Source: an uncultured Methanomassiliicoccales archaeon (lineage in GTDB: Archaea > Thermoplasmatota > Thermoplasmata > Methanomassiliicoccales > UBA472). From it: a stretch of DNA of 64,000 nt. Position 1 is the first letter of the stretch. Each line of letters starts with the position of its first letter. The stretch lies in NCBI GenBank assembly GCA_963695345.1, contig OY968769.1, forward strand, positions 2,112,001 through 2,176,000, given 5' to 3'. A program made the position numbers and the translations under genes. This document shows, piece after piece, positions 10,458-20,628 of the stretch. The notes beneath the pieces are model-generated. The model was not told where the DNA came from. It saw only the letters and a list, made by a program, of their open reading frames with translations, and did no database searches.

Positions 10458-10923
10458 TCATGATAGCCGCGTAGGCGCGGTTCGATGCATTCCTCTGCCA
10501 TCGTGAGGTCCAGCGGATTGAGCAACAAGAGAGAACGCGGTGTTGGTCGGCTCGGTGTTCAGCTCCCTCCTGAACGATTCACGCTGGTTGTTCTTCCAGG
10601 TGACGGTCATGAGGATGGAACCGTTCTTGAGCTCCAGGTTCAATGATTTCAGGATCGACGTGTATGTCGATGCCTTGCCCCGTACCGGACGTTCTCGATA
10701 CCCCCACCTTTGACATCAGGCCGAACGCCTCCAGCTGATAGACCAACTTGTAGCATGTGGCTATCGGCAGGTTAATCGACGGCGCCATCTCGCTGACGGT
10801 CAGGCTTCTTCTCGATGTCGTTCCCAAAATGAACAGCACGACCGGATCGATAATGAAATGGGCGACAGCCGTCTTGTCCTGCTTGCTCAGGCGACTGATT
10901 GCATCCAAGATCGCGCTGTCCAT
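10458..10923 (-). CDS. Winged-helix (ArsR-like) transcriptional regulator, apparent frameshift near 10680
   Basis: SLTVSEMAPSINLPIATCYKLVYQLEAFGL; continues in another frame as KASTYTSILKSLNLELKNG; paralog of 61248..61610. Confidence 0.75.
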
Positions 10924-11105
10924 GTCTAACTCGTATGTATCCCCCACCAATCTTAACCCCATACCGTTATAAATGTGCGGAAAATAAAGCTTTTGAAAGA
11001 CTATCGGGAATCGACCCACTCCTTATACCCCGTTAAGTAACCAAGAAACTGCGAATTGTCGTAAGAATAGGATAATAAAAAGGAGAGAGCGGGCGCCCCG
11101 CCTCG

Positions 11106-12326
11106 TTACATCTTCCCTATGTCCGCCTGCTGCATCGTGGCATCGATCTCTGCCTTGAGCTGTTCCGGCAGGCCCATGATGCTGACGTCGAGGAATCCCC
11201 TCACGATCATGCCCACCGCCTCCTCCTCGGTAAGGCCGCGGGACATCAGGTACTCGACCTGGTCCTGGGCGATCTTGCCGACGGCCGCCTCGTGGGTCAT
11301 TTCCACGTCCGGGACGTATGCCTCCAGCTCTGGAATGGCGATCTGGACGCCCTTGTTCAGGATCAGTCCCTTGCATTCCAGGTGGGCCTTGATGCCGGAC
11401 GCCTTTCCAACGAGCTGACCCCTGGAGATGATCTTTCCGCCGGTGGAAACGGTCCTGGATACGATCTCGCAGCGGGTGTTGGGGGCGTTCATCAATGCTC
11501 GCCCGCCCAGGTCCATCTCGCTGCCCGGGTGACCGAGCGCGACGGTGCTGAACCGGGCCACCGCCCCGGCCCCGTCCATGCGGGTCGTGGGATAGGTCTG
11601 GATGGAACCTGGACCGGTCTGAGCGCGACATAGTTGGAGATGTAGGTCGAGTTCTCCTCCTGCAGGACGACCGTCCGCGGACGCACCCCCATGGTCTCTG
11701 ACCAGTTGTGTATCATGGTGAAGGTCAGCTTGGCCCCTTTCTTGATGTAGAACTCGGAGATGCCCAGGTGCAGCGCTCTCTCGACCCCGTTGCTGGTCGA
11801 GCATCCGGTGAGCACCTCCAGTTCCGCGCCCTCCTCGATTATGATGATATTGTGCACGGTCTGCGCAGCGTCCTTGCTCTTGACCATGAGGCAGGTCTGC
11901 ACCGGCAGCTGCACCTTGTGCCCCGCCAGCGCCCGGATGAAGTAGCCGTCAGCCTCCTCCAGATAGGTCCTGGCGGTGTACTTGTCCGCATCCACTGCCA
12001 CCGCCTTCCAGCTGTAATCCTTCACCCAGTCATGGTTCTTGAGCGCCTGCTGGACCGATGTGACCTCGACCCCGCTGCCCTGTATGGATTCGTGCACCAC
12101 GGTGTTGTCCATGAGCACGAACGAACCGGAACGGCCCTCTCCGCTCGGCATGACGCCGGCGTTCAGCAGGGACCTGCGGTCGGATTCGCTCAGGGATTCG
12201 AGGGATTCTGCCATAGGCATGTCCTTTCGGGCCTCCTTGAACTTGTCGAGTTCGATGTCCGATCCGAAGGTCGCCTTCTTTGTCCCTGGCCTCTTCCGCC
12301 TTCTTCCTTAGCGTTTCGGCGGACAT
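11106..12326 (-). CDS. sufB: SufB/SufD-family Fe-S assembly scaffold (SmsB-like), apparent indels near 12280 and 11610
   Basis: LHLGISEFY, FTMIHNW, AHLECKGL, AIPELE, THEAAVGKI..YLMSRGL across three frames. Confidence 0.9.
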
Positions 12327-12329
12327 GCT

Positions 12330-13108
12330 TCAAGCCCCCCGTGCCATCTCGACGTTGGGTTTCTTCAGGTTCAGCTTGCATCGGATGCATTCATCGTATC
12401 CCATGCGCCTGATCTCCGCCAGCAGCTCCCTCGGGTTCCCGGAGCAGGCCACCGTACCCTTGCAGAGCACGTAACCCGCGGTCCGCCTCGACATAGTCCA
12501 GTATCGCTCCGGTGTGGGTGATGATGAGAGCTGCCCTTCCGCTCATGTCCCGCTTCCCGGCGCATCCCATCTTTCCATGCAGGAGCTCACTTCACCTTGG
12601 CCCCTACCTTCTGTATGGACACGATGTCCACTCCCGATTCCGGCTCGTCCAGGAGGAACAGGCAGGGATTCTGGGCCTCCAACTGGAGAAGTTCCGAGCG
12701 CTTGATCTCGCCTCCGGAGAATCCGACATTCACATCGCGGGCCAGGAACGGCTGCATGTCCAGGTCCATCGCCAGCTTTTCTGGGTCGGAGCGGCCGCGT
12801 CCGGTGACCTTGACCAGGTCCCTCAGCCGCACCCCTACCAGGTTGGGCGGGCGCTGCATCATCATGCCGACCCCTTTCTGCGCCCTTTCCGAGACCGTCA
12901 GCCCGGTTATGTCCTCCCCATTAAGCTTGATCGAGCCTTGGGTGACCTTGTAACCGCTGAATCCCATGATGGTCATCAGCAACGTTGATTTGCCCGAACC
13001 GTTCGGTCCGAACAAGACGTTCGTGTAACCGTCCATGACGCTAATGTTCAGGTCATGCAACACTTCTCTGCCGCCGACCTCGACGCTTAGGTTTTCTATT
13101 TCCAGCAT
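12330..13108 (-). CDS. sufC: Fe-S assembly ABC ATPase (SufC/SmsC), apparent indels near 12590 and 12480
   Basis: GPNGSGKS, NVGFSGGEIKRSE, LLDEPESGVD, ITHTG, C-terminal GYDECIRC. Confidence 0.9.
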
Positions 13109-13233
13109 TTGGCTCGACCTGGTTATCTGACCGAGCGCAAGTTATTTACCGTTTACCATTTTAACTATTGTTAATCCGAACCTTCTGATAACCCTTATGA
13201 CGCATGACCGCCGTACCGGGGTTCAGTGGTGAG

Positions 13234-14250
13234 ATGGTCGAACAGTTTGATCTCCTGGTGATCGGCGGGGGCGTGGCGGGCATGAAGGCAGCCCTGGACT
13301 CGGCCCGGTCCGGGCTCAGGGTGGTCCTGGTGGAGAGGGAGAAAGAACTGGGCGGTCTATCCAGGACACTGACCCATACGGTGTTGCGCGGGCCATCGCC
13401 ATCGGAAAAGGTACGGAGCCTGATCGGCGAGGTTGGGAACGAGGGCAACATCAGGCTGATGCTGGGTCATCACATAGGGAGTATTGCCCGGGAAGGGGCC
13501 GCGGTCAAGGCCATCATCGCCGATGTCAATGGGCCTCTTCAGGAGATCGAGGCCAGGGCCGTCCTGATCGCCACTGGAATGGAGCCTATCGATGCCAAGG
13601 CGATCCCGGAATATGGGGCCGGCAGGCTCGACGGGGTCCTCACATCCCTGGGATTCGAGGAGCTACTCTCAAAATGGGAGGAGGAAGGAAGGTCCGGGGC
13701 GGCGAGCGTGTCCTTCGTCCAATGCGTCGGTTCCCGGGTGGAAAAGCGGGGCGTTACTTACTGTTCCAACTATTGCTGCATGAACGCGGTCAAGGGGGCG
13801 ATGAGGCTGAAGGTCCTCGACCCCCAGGTCCAGGTTCACGTCTTCTACATCGACATCAGGACCTGCGGCAGGGGGCAGGAGGCGGCCTATAAGGAAGCGC
13901 GACGCCTCGGCGTCCGCTTCATCCGGGGGCAGCCCGCGCTGGTGAGGGAGAAAAGCGGAAGACTGCTGGTCTGCGGGGAGAACACCTTACTGAACGAGCT
14001 CTACGAGATCCCGGCGGACGTGGTCGTACTGGATGTCGGCCTGCGGCTGTCCCAGGAGACGCTCCGATTGGCCGGGGACCTAGGTATGTGCCTGGACGAG
14101 GAGGGCCTGCTGTTCCTCGATGACTTTTCCGAAGGGACCGCGCCGGTCCTGACCGTCGGCTGCGCGGAAGCACCCAAGGACGTGGATTCGTGCCTGGACC
14201 AGGCCAGCGGCACTGCCAACAGGGTCGTTCGTTTCCTTGGCCAGCGCTGA
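13234..14250 (+). CDS. HdrA-like FAD/[4Fe-4S] oxidoreductase without ferredoxin domains
   Basis: IGGGVAG, FVQCVGSR..YCSNYCCM, FYIDIRT.G..E, GCAEAPKDV; no CxxCxxC ferredoxin motifs. Confidence 0.85.
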   Translation: MVEQFDLLVIGGGVAGMKAALDSARSGLRVVLVEREKELGGLSRTLTHTVLRGPSPSEKVRSLIGEVGNEGNIRLMLGHHIGSIAREGAAVKAIIADVNGPLQEIEARAVLIATGMEPIDAKAIPEYGAGRLDGVLTSLGFEELLSKWEEEGRSGAASVSFVQCVGSRVEKRGVTYCSNYCCMNAVKGAMRLKVLDPQVQVHVFYIDIRTCGRGQEAAYKEARRLGVRFIRGQPALVREKSGRLLVCGENTLLNELYEIPADVVVLDVGLRLSQETLRLAGDLGMCLDEEGLLFLDDFSEGTAPVLTVGCAEAPKDVDSCLDQASGTANRVVRFLGQR

Positions 14251-14256
14251 ATGCGC

Positions 14257-14754
14257 TCAGTATTCGGTCACCGGTCTCTTCGGCCGGACCTTATTGTCGC
14301 CCTCTGTCACGGAAACGGTCGGCGCCCGAGGGATTGTGGAGGCATCCTCTTCGACCACCGCGATCTGGTTGCCGTCCTGGTCTAGCAAAATGGCGATCAG
14401 ACCGCCGATCCGCCGCTTCTCCGGTTTGACCGCAAACCTCACTCCCCTGTCCGTGAGCTTTCGGTGAAGGTCATAGATGCTCTCGGTCGCCAGTATGATA
14501 CCGGTAGGTCCACCCGGCCTTCTTCCGTCCTTATCGGGGACATACAGCGATATCCGGCCCAGATTGCCCACCGGACCCATTTCGACCCAGTTCTCCGACC
14601 GGTTGTCCCGCTGCACCGTAAGGCCCAGCGTGCCCTCGTAGAACGACACCGCGCCTGCCAGGTCCCTGACCGGTATGGCGACGGTCGAAACACCGAGCAG
14701 AATGCCCCGGTTGTCATATTGGGTATCTCCCCCCATGGGGTCTCCGAGAGGCAT
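14257..14754 (-). CDS. VOC/glyoxalase family protein
   Basis: VAIPVRDLAGAVSFYEGTLGL...GG.IAILLDQDGNQI. Confidence 0.85.
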   Translation of the reverse strand: MPLGDPMGGDTQYDNRGILLGVSTVAIPVRDLAGAVSFYEGTLGLTVQRDNRSENWVEMGPVGNLGRISLYVPDKDGRRPGGPTGIILATESIYDLHRKLTDRGVRFAVKPEKRRIGGLIAILLDQDGNQIAVVEEDASTIPRAPTVSVTEGDNKVRPKRPVTEY

Positions 14755-14896
14755 GAACGTCCATTCGGTTCGACCTTATTTAATGTTGCTGGCAAATCCT
14801 GCGGCAGCTCGAACCGCGGTCTTCGGCATGTGCATCCTATTTAACGAGGACGAACCTTTATGTTCGCCCGATTCCCATGGAATCCTAGGCTTTTGA

Positions 14897-15577
14897 ATGG
14901 GACTGAACAAAGAACACGTCCAAATGAGGAGATGGGACGATACCTACTACTCGACCTTGGATTACTTCGGCACGGGGGTAAGCCAGCTCGGAAGGCATGC
15001 CCTGATCATTTTTCAGAGCCATGAGGCCAGAAGGATCCTGCAGCTCGGCTGCGGGCCAGGCTATGACACGATCTACCTGGCCCAGAATGGTATGCAAGTG
15101 ACCGGGATGGATTATTCCGAGACAGCTCTTTGCAAGATAAGGGAGGATAGGATATCGAAGGGTTTGGAGGGTTCGATCGTGCTCAAGGTGGGTGATGCCA
15201 GAAACGGGCTTCCGTTCGATGACGAGGCGTTCGATGGCTGCTATTCCCACATGTTCTTCACCATGCAATTCCCGGAAAAGGAGCTGTTCTTCATCTTCTC
15301 CGAGGTCCTCAGAGTGCTGAAGCCCGGGGGACTTAACGTTTATTCCGTCCGAAATGTGAGCGATCCGCACTTCGGCATCGGAAGACACCTCGGGGAGGGC
15401 ATGTGGCAGAACCCGCTCGGGTTCGTGGTCCATTTCTTCGACGAGGATAAGGTAAGGCGACTGGCCAAAGGATATGATCTGCTCTGGATCAAGGAGTTCG
15501 ACGATCCTTCACCACCGTTTACCAAGAAGCTCTTCGAGGTGGCCCTGCAGAAACCCAAGAAAGCGGAAAATAAATGA
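14897..15577 (+). CDS. Class I SAM-dependent methyltransferase
   Basis: ILQLGCGPG, GMDYS, LPF..EAFD, RVLKPGG. Confidence 0.9.
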   Translation: MGLNKEHVQMRRWDDTYYSTLDYFGTGVSQLGRHALIIFQSHEARRILQLGCGPGYDTIYLAQNGMQVTGMDYSETALCKIREDRISKGLEGSIVLKVGDARNGLPFDDEAFDGCYSHMFFTMQFPEKELFFIFSEVLRVLKPGGLNVYSVRNVSDPHFGIGRHLGEGMWQNPLGFVVHFFDEDKVRRLAKGYDLLWIKEFDDPSPPFTKKLFEVALQKPKKAENK

Positions 15578-15635
15578 ACGGGGGATGAAACCCCTCAACA
15601 ATCTTCAGTTCAATCATGATATGGGGCCTGCCCAA

Positions 15636-16931
15636 TCATTCTGTGTAGGTGTTCGAGCACCAGTAGGTGACCTTGTGGGATCGGATGGCGGTGTTCGGGT
15701 CGCTCACCATCTCGAAACTTGCCGGAGGCTCCACCGAGGCGGATCTGGTCTCAAGCAGGTACCTGCCTTTCACGGTCGAGTGGGTGGACAGGTCCCTGTC
15801 AATGGTCTCCAGGTCTAGTTGGGGTCTTGCGGCAGGACCGGAACGTTCGATGACCACGCCCAGGTCCTTGTTGGCGTAATGGTCTTCGATGGTCCGGATG
15901 TTCCAGTCGATGGATACCGGTGTGACCGATGGGTTGCGGTCCCGGATCAGCCATCCCTCACCGGACCGGGCGAGCTCTCCGCGACCGGGGATGCCCTCGA
16001 AATCGGATAGCATTTCGGTGATCTTCTTTGGCGACAGTCCCACCGCCGAAGCCACCCCCGCCGCCGCCGAAACCGCCGTGGTGTAGGAAGGGGCCAGATA
16101 TGTCGCCGGCATCGTGAACGGGAAATCTCCTTTCTTGACGTTGAGCCAGCACTTGGGCTTGTTGCCGAACTTCATCCCCTTTTCGAACGAGACGTTGATG
16201 TCCCCGAACTCCCCGAACTCGATGACCTGGGTCCCCTTCGGGATGAAGACCTTCCACATGTTGATCTCGGGATGTCTCAGCACCAGCGTTCCCTTGGTGG
16301 ATTTGACCATCTGGATGATCCCATCCACCGCCCTGCGGGTGCCGGCGGCGATGGGATAGTTGTCCCCCGATGCCGTGGTGACCACCCCGATATTCGCCAA
16401 TCCGGTCCCTCCCAGGTTGCATTCGAACACCCCCCTGGTCCATTCTCCTTCCATGAACGACAAACGCAATAACGTCGCCGGGGAGATCATGGCGTCACGT
16501 TCCAGCAATGTCACCGTCTCTCCGACCGAGAACAGGCCGCGAGACGTCAGCAACAGCACCTTCTCTCCCTTCTTCTTCAGGATATGGGAGATGGCATGGC
16601 AGGCAGAGGTCTTGGCCTTGGTACCGGTGACCTCTATGGTCGGGTAATTGAAATGGGCCAGCTCTCCGACCGCCCGGTGGAAGGTGATCTTCTGCTCATA
16701 CTTCGCCCGGCCAAGATAATGATCGGGACAATGGACCGGCACTACCGCCAGATCATATTTCTTCGAGGGGGTCGTTCTCACGACGGCCACGCCCTCGTTG
16801 CGCAAATGGTCGATCATATACTGTTCCGCGGTCCCATAGACGTCTACCGCGGTCACCTCCTCCCCCCGCGACCTATAGGTCAAGGCGAGGACGTCCCCTC
16901 CGTGGGTCAGATCGAGCACCAACACGTTCAT
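15636..16931 (-). CDS. cfbE: Coenzyme F430 synthetase (Mur-ligase-like)
   Basis: VLVLDLTHGG, PVHCP, ITFHRAVGEL, IEVTGTKAKTS, LGGTG, NYPIAAG, FEGIPGR. Confidence 0.85.
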   Translation of the reverse strand: MNVLVLDLTHGGDVLALTYRSRGEEVTAVDVYGTAEQYMIDHLRNEGVAVVRTTPSKKYDLAVVPVHCPDHYLGRAKYEQKITFHRAVGELAHFNYPTIEVTGTKAKTSACHAISHILKKKGEKVLLLTSRGLFSVGETVTLLERDAMISPATLLRLSFMEGEWTRGVFECNLGGTGLANIGVVTTASGDNYPIAAGTRRAVDGIIQMVKSTKGTLVLRHPEINMWKVFIPKGTQVIEFGEFGDINVSFEKGMKFGNKPKCWLNVKKGDFPFTMPATYLAPSYTTAVSAAAGVASAVGLSPKKITEMLSDFEGIPGRGELARSGEGWLIRDRNPSVTPVSIDWNIRTIEDHYANKDLGVVIERSGPAARPQLDLETIDRDLSTHSTVKGRYLLETRSASVEPPASFEMVSDPNTAIRSHKVTYWCSNTYTE

Positions 16932-17090
16932 CTATCGAGTCTCCAGGCGGTCGCGATGGTAGTGCATGATTATAAAAAGGTCGCCACAAGCGTTGTCGTA
17001 CCAGCTCTAGAGACTTTTCTCCTGCCAACATTCGTAGCCATCAGATCAAGGCGACAGTTCTGGCGATCATATGTCCTTCATCGTTCGCCA

Positions 17091-17744
17091 TCACCATAGT
17101 CCGTAGAAAGGGCCGAAGAGGAAGAAGGCCACAACTCCGATGGTGTTGCTCAATCCGTGGGCCAGGACCGCCCCCCAGAGGTTGTTGTACTTCAGTTTGA
17201 CCAGGCTGAAGAAGACCGCATCAAGCCCGGTGACCACGATCCCGATCAGACCCTGTTCCATATGGGCAATCCCAAACAAAATGGAGGTGATCCCTATCGC
17301 CATCAGGATGCCCGTCCTGTTGTTTCCCAACAGATCAAGGATCCGGACCTGCAGGAAACCCCGATAGACGATCTCCTCCCCGATGGCAGCCAGCGTCCAG
17401 CTTGCCAACAGAAGGAAAACCAGGTCTCCAAGATTGCCCTTGAGGTCTACGAAAGCGCTGAGATCCTGGGTGCTCCCGGTCAGATGGTTCATCAGCGGCA
17501 TGGTCAAGGCCTGGTGTAATAACGTCCAGGCCATGACCATTATGAAGATGACAGTGATCATCCTCAAGGGGCGCTCCAACTTCCTGAAGCCGAGCGAACC
17601 TAAACCCTGTTTGCGTGCGACCAGGGATATCGCGCATATTCCCAAGATGACGATGGTGGGGATGAACAGGTCCAGGACAATCACGGTCATGGCCAGAGCC
17701 AATTCGAGTAAGGTGATGACCTTCCAGAACACATCGCGGTCCAT
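17091..17744 (-). CDS. CPBP-family (CAAX/Abi) intramembrane metalloprotease
   Basis: EEIVYRG, FGIAH, AHGLSN; start uncertain. Confidence 0.9.
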   Translation of the reverse strand: MDRDVFWKVITLLELALAMTVIVLDLFIPTIVILGICAISLVARKQGLGSLGFRKLERPLRMITVIFIMVMAWTLLHQALTMPLMNHLTGSTQDLSAFVDLKGNLGDLVFLLLASWTLAAIGEEIVYRGFLQVRILDLLGNNRTGILMAIGITSILFGIAHMEQGLIGIVVTGLDAVFFSLVKLKYNNLWGAVLAHGLSNTIGVVAFFLFGPFYGLW

Positions 17745-17961
17745 TATATCGTCAAGACCCAAAAACATGATTGATTCTTTATATTTTCCGAGATGGATGG
17801 GATATGGGGTGAATTCCGGATTATTCCGATGCTCGATCATTGGCATGGTCTGGCGATAACCATGGGTTAGAATTGACCAATTGTGACCTTCGACCAAATT
17901 CTATGTCCACCCTCGATGGCAAACGGTTTCGAGCACCCGGTCGATCATGGATGGTTCATTT

Positions 17962-19380
17962 TCAGGGCACGTTCTTGGAGAACACGTCAAATCCCAGGCT
18001 TCTGCCCAGTTCCTTGGCGGTGCGCGGCACATCGGCCAGCTGCCCTCCCCCTTCGTATTGGATCCAGTATGTGCGGGACAGTTCGTCCAGCGCCTCCAAG
18101 GGGGTCACGCCGGACATGGAGCCATCCGAGAGCATCGCCTCTATCCTGGTATAGGCCCGGATCGACAGGAACGCCGTGAACATATGGCCGTCGATGGTCT
18201 CCCGGTCCACCAGGAACTCCCGGTCTTGGCCCATGGTCTTGCGGTATTCCGCGAAAAGCCGGTCTATGGCATCCCTTCGGCGGTATAGGCGGTAGATGTC
18301 CTCTTCGGCCCCGTCCTTGTCCGAGGCCATCATGATGCATCCGGCGATATGGCTCCGGTCCACGACGCTCTGCTCGGCGAGCCGTTTCTCATCCAGCATG
18401 CGGTACAGGGTCATCTCCTCCTCCATTTTCAGCTGGGCGTCCTGGTAGAGGTAAAGCCACATGCCCTTGTGCTGCCTTTTGCCGCACTTGATGAGATGCT
18501 TGTCATGAAAGAAATGCCTTGCCAGGGGGATGTCCAGCTCGTAGAGGTCGCTGTCCCGGTTGACCGGCAGGACAAAGGAGGCATGCCGCTGCAATAGCAG
18601 AGAGACCAAATCCTCCGAGAAGGAGTCCCTTTCCAGAACCATGGTTATGCCCTCCCCACCGATATCGTTGAGGAGCTTGTGCATCGGACCAGGCTCCCCG
18701 ACCGGGTTGGACAGCGTCCGCACCATGGTGGGTGCGCCAGTGTCAGCTGAGAAAATCATTGCCAGGTTTATCTTCTGCAGCAGACCCGACTCCTCCGGGC
18801 TGCGGCCGATGAGGTCCGTCTGCTCGGAACGGGTGAAATTGGCCGACATGCCGTAGACCACCTCGTCACCGGCAACGCACATGCCGTTGAACACCTTCGC
18901 CTGGGCCTTCTTGTCCTGCCCGACCCGGCGGAGCATCTCGGCCAGTCGTTTCGGCGTCAGGTCAGGCTTGATCCCGGGAATGTTATACAGTTTATCCCAT
19001 GCGTTCTGCGCCCTGCGCAAGGGAACGTCGCCGAGCACCCTGACCATTGCCAGGGCATACAGCTCCTGCCAATCATCTGGGAATGCGGAACGGATCTGTT
19101 CCAGGATATCTGACATGGAGCGGTTGAGGAGGACAGCGTTTCCATACTGTTTCACCACCCTTTCGTTGGCGGGGACCAGCACGCTCTCCTTCTCCTGAAG
19201 CCCCTTCGTCTCGTCCAGGCGACCAATGTACTTGGACCTCTTCTTCCGCTTCTTCTCTTCCTTGTCCCAAACCGTGGTGGAGCGATAGACGTAGTACGAG
19301 GAACCGATCTTCTTGATCTCGAGCCCCTTGGTGCCCTGTTCCCTCTGCCCTTTCAACCAATTCGCCGCCCACTCGTCCAT
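17962..19380 (-). mobile_element. IS1634-family transposase-derived ORF, intact but catalytic residues substituted
   Basis: N-terminal LEIKKIGSSYYVYRSTTVWDKEEKK..SKYIGRL and overall layout match archaeal IS1634-type transposases (recognised by eye); expected YD/DRG/E motifs read YGMS, LERD, IDRLF; no terminal repeats recognised. Confidence 0.8.
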
Positions 19381-19551
19381 CGGTACAAGATAGGGTATAA
19401 ATGATATTAAACAATTACTCGATGGCGATGAATCCAGCATATTTATCATTGCGACAATGGAATCCCTAATTATTCCCTACTATTGGGGCAAATCATTTAT
19501 ATTTAGGGTGGTAATCGACGACCTCGAACGGAATCTTAGGGGATTCACAAA

Positions 19552-20493
19552 ATGGCAACCTCACGCAAATTGATGGCATTGACCGTGATCGCAGTCCTGC
19601 TGGTGGCCGGCCTCGGTGCGGTCGTCGTACTCTCATTGAACAATAACAATAACGGCTCAAAAGCGGTCGATCAGTCGACGACCATAAGCGTCATCGATGA
19701 CCGGGGTGTGAACGTGACCGTCACGAAATATCCCCAGCACATACTGTCGCTGGGAACCGCCTTCACTGAGTGCCTGTACGCCATCGGCGCCCAGGACCAG
19801 ATCGTCGGCGTGGACAGCACCAGCAAATACCCAGCGGAGGTTTCCAACAAGACCAACATCGGGAGCGCCTACACCATCAACCTGGAGAACGTGACCATGC
19901 TCCAGCCCGACCTCATCATTATGTGGAAGTCATACACCACATCGCTGAACGCATTGGTCAACCTGAACATGACCGTCATCGCTTTCGACCCGCAGTCGGT
20001 GGCCGACGTTGAGAAGATGATCAACCTGCTCGGGAACGTCACCGGCAAAACCGGCGGGGCGAATCTGGTCGTCACCGACATGCAGGACCGCATCGCCGAG
20101 GTGCAGCAGAAGCTGGCCAACGAGACCACCAGGCCCGATGTTTACATGGAGCTGCTCAGCTCCGGCGGCAAGTCTCCCGGTCCAGGCACCATGACCGATA
20201 ACGTGATCGGCATCGCCGGCGGGAACAACATCAACTCAAACACGACCGCCAGATATACCAAGCTCACCGCCGAGTATGTCATAGGCGAGGACCCGGAGTT
20301 CATCGTCCTGGAGATCCAGAACACCAAGACCAACGACCAGGTCAAGAACACCACCGGGTACGGAACGATAAGCGCCGTTGTGAACGACAAGATCATGCGG
20401 GTCGATGGAGCGTGGCTCACCGCGTCGCCCAGGATCGTCCTGGCGGTCGAGGCGTTCGCCTCCTGGTTCCATCCGGAGCTCTTTCCAGCTTAA
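19552..20493 (+). CDS. btuF: Cobalamin/Fe-siderophore ABC transporter substrate-binding protein
   Basis: N-terminal TM anchor, VIDDRGVNVT..PQHILSL, YAIGA.DQIVGVD, QPDLI, SPRI. Confidence 0.85.
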   Translation: MATSRKLMALTVIAVLLVAGLGAVVVLSLNNNNNGSKAVDQSTTISVIDDRGVNVTVTKYPQHILSLGTAFTECLYAIGAQDQIVGVDSTSKYPAEVSNKTNIGSAYTINLENVTMLQPDLIIMWKSYTTSLNALVNLNMTVIAFDPQSVADVEKMINLLGNVTGKTGGANLVVTDMQDRIAEVQQKLANETTRPDVYMELLSSGGKSPGPGTMTDNVIGIAGGNNINSNTTARYTKLTAEYVIGEDPEFIVLEIQNTKTNDQVKNTTGYGTISAVVNDKIMRVDGAWLTASPRIVLAVEAFASWFHPELFPA

Positions 20494-20628
20494 TTGAATG
20501 CAGATGGGCGCGCGGCCGTTGCGCATCGTGGAGCTTCCCTTGCCTCCTTTGTTCCCACGATGCCTCCCGCCGTCCATTCCCCTTTTTCGCCACAGTTTAT
20601 GAATGAGTAAGCGTTTGCAGGATGCGCG

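Noticed and set aside
19381-19551. Cobalamin riboswitch upstream of btuF
   Set aside because: Region is short and AT-rich with no B12-box consensus.
19638-19655. AAC/AAT run encoding NNNNN in BtuF as a phase-variable repeat
   Set aside because: Mixed codons in a low-complexity linker after the TM anchor.
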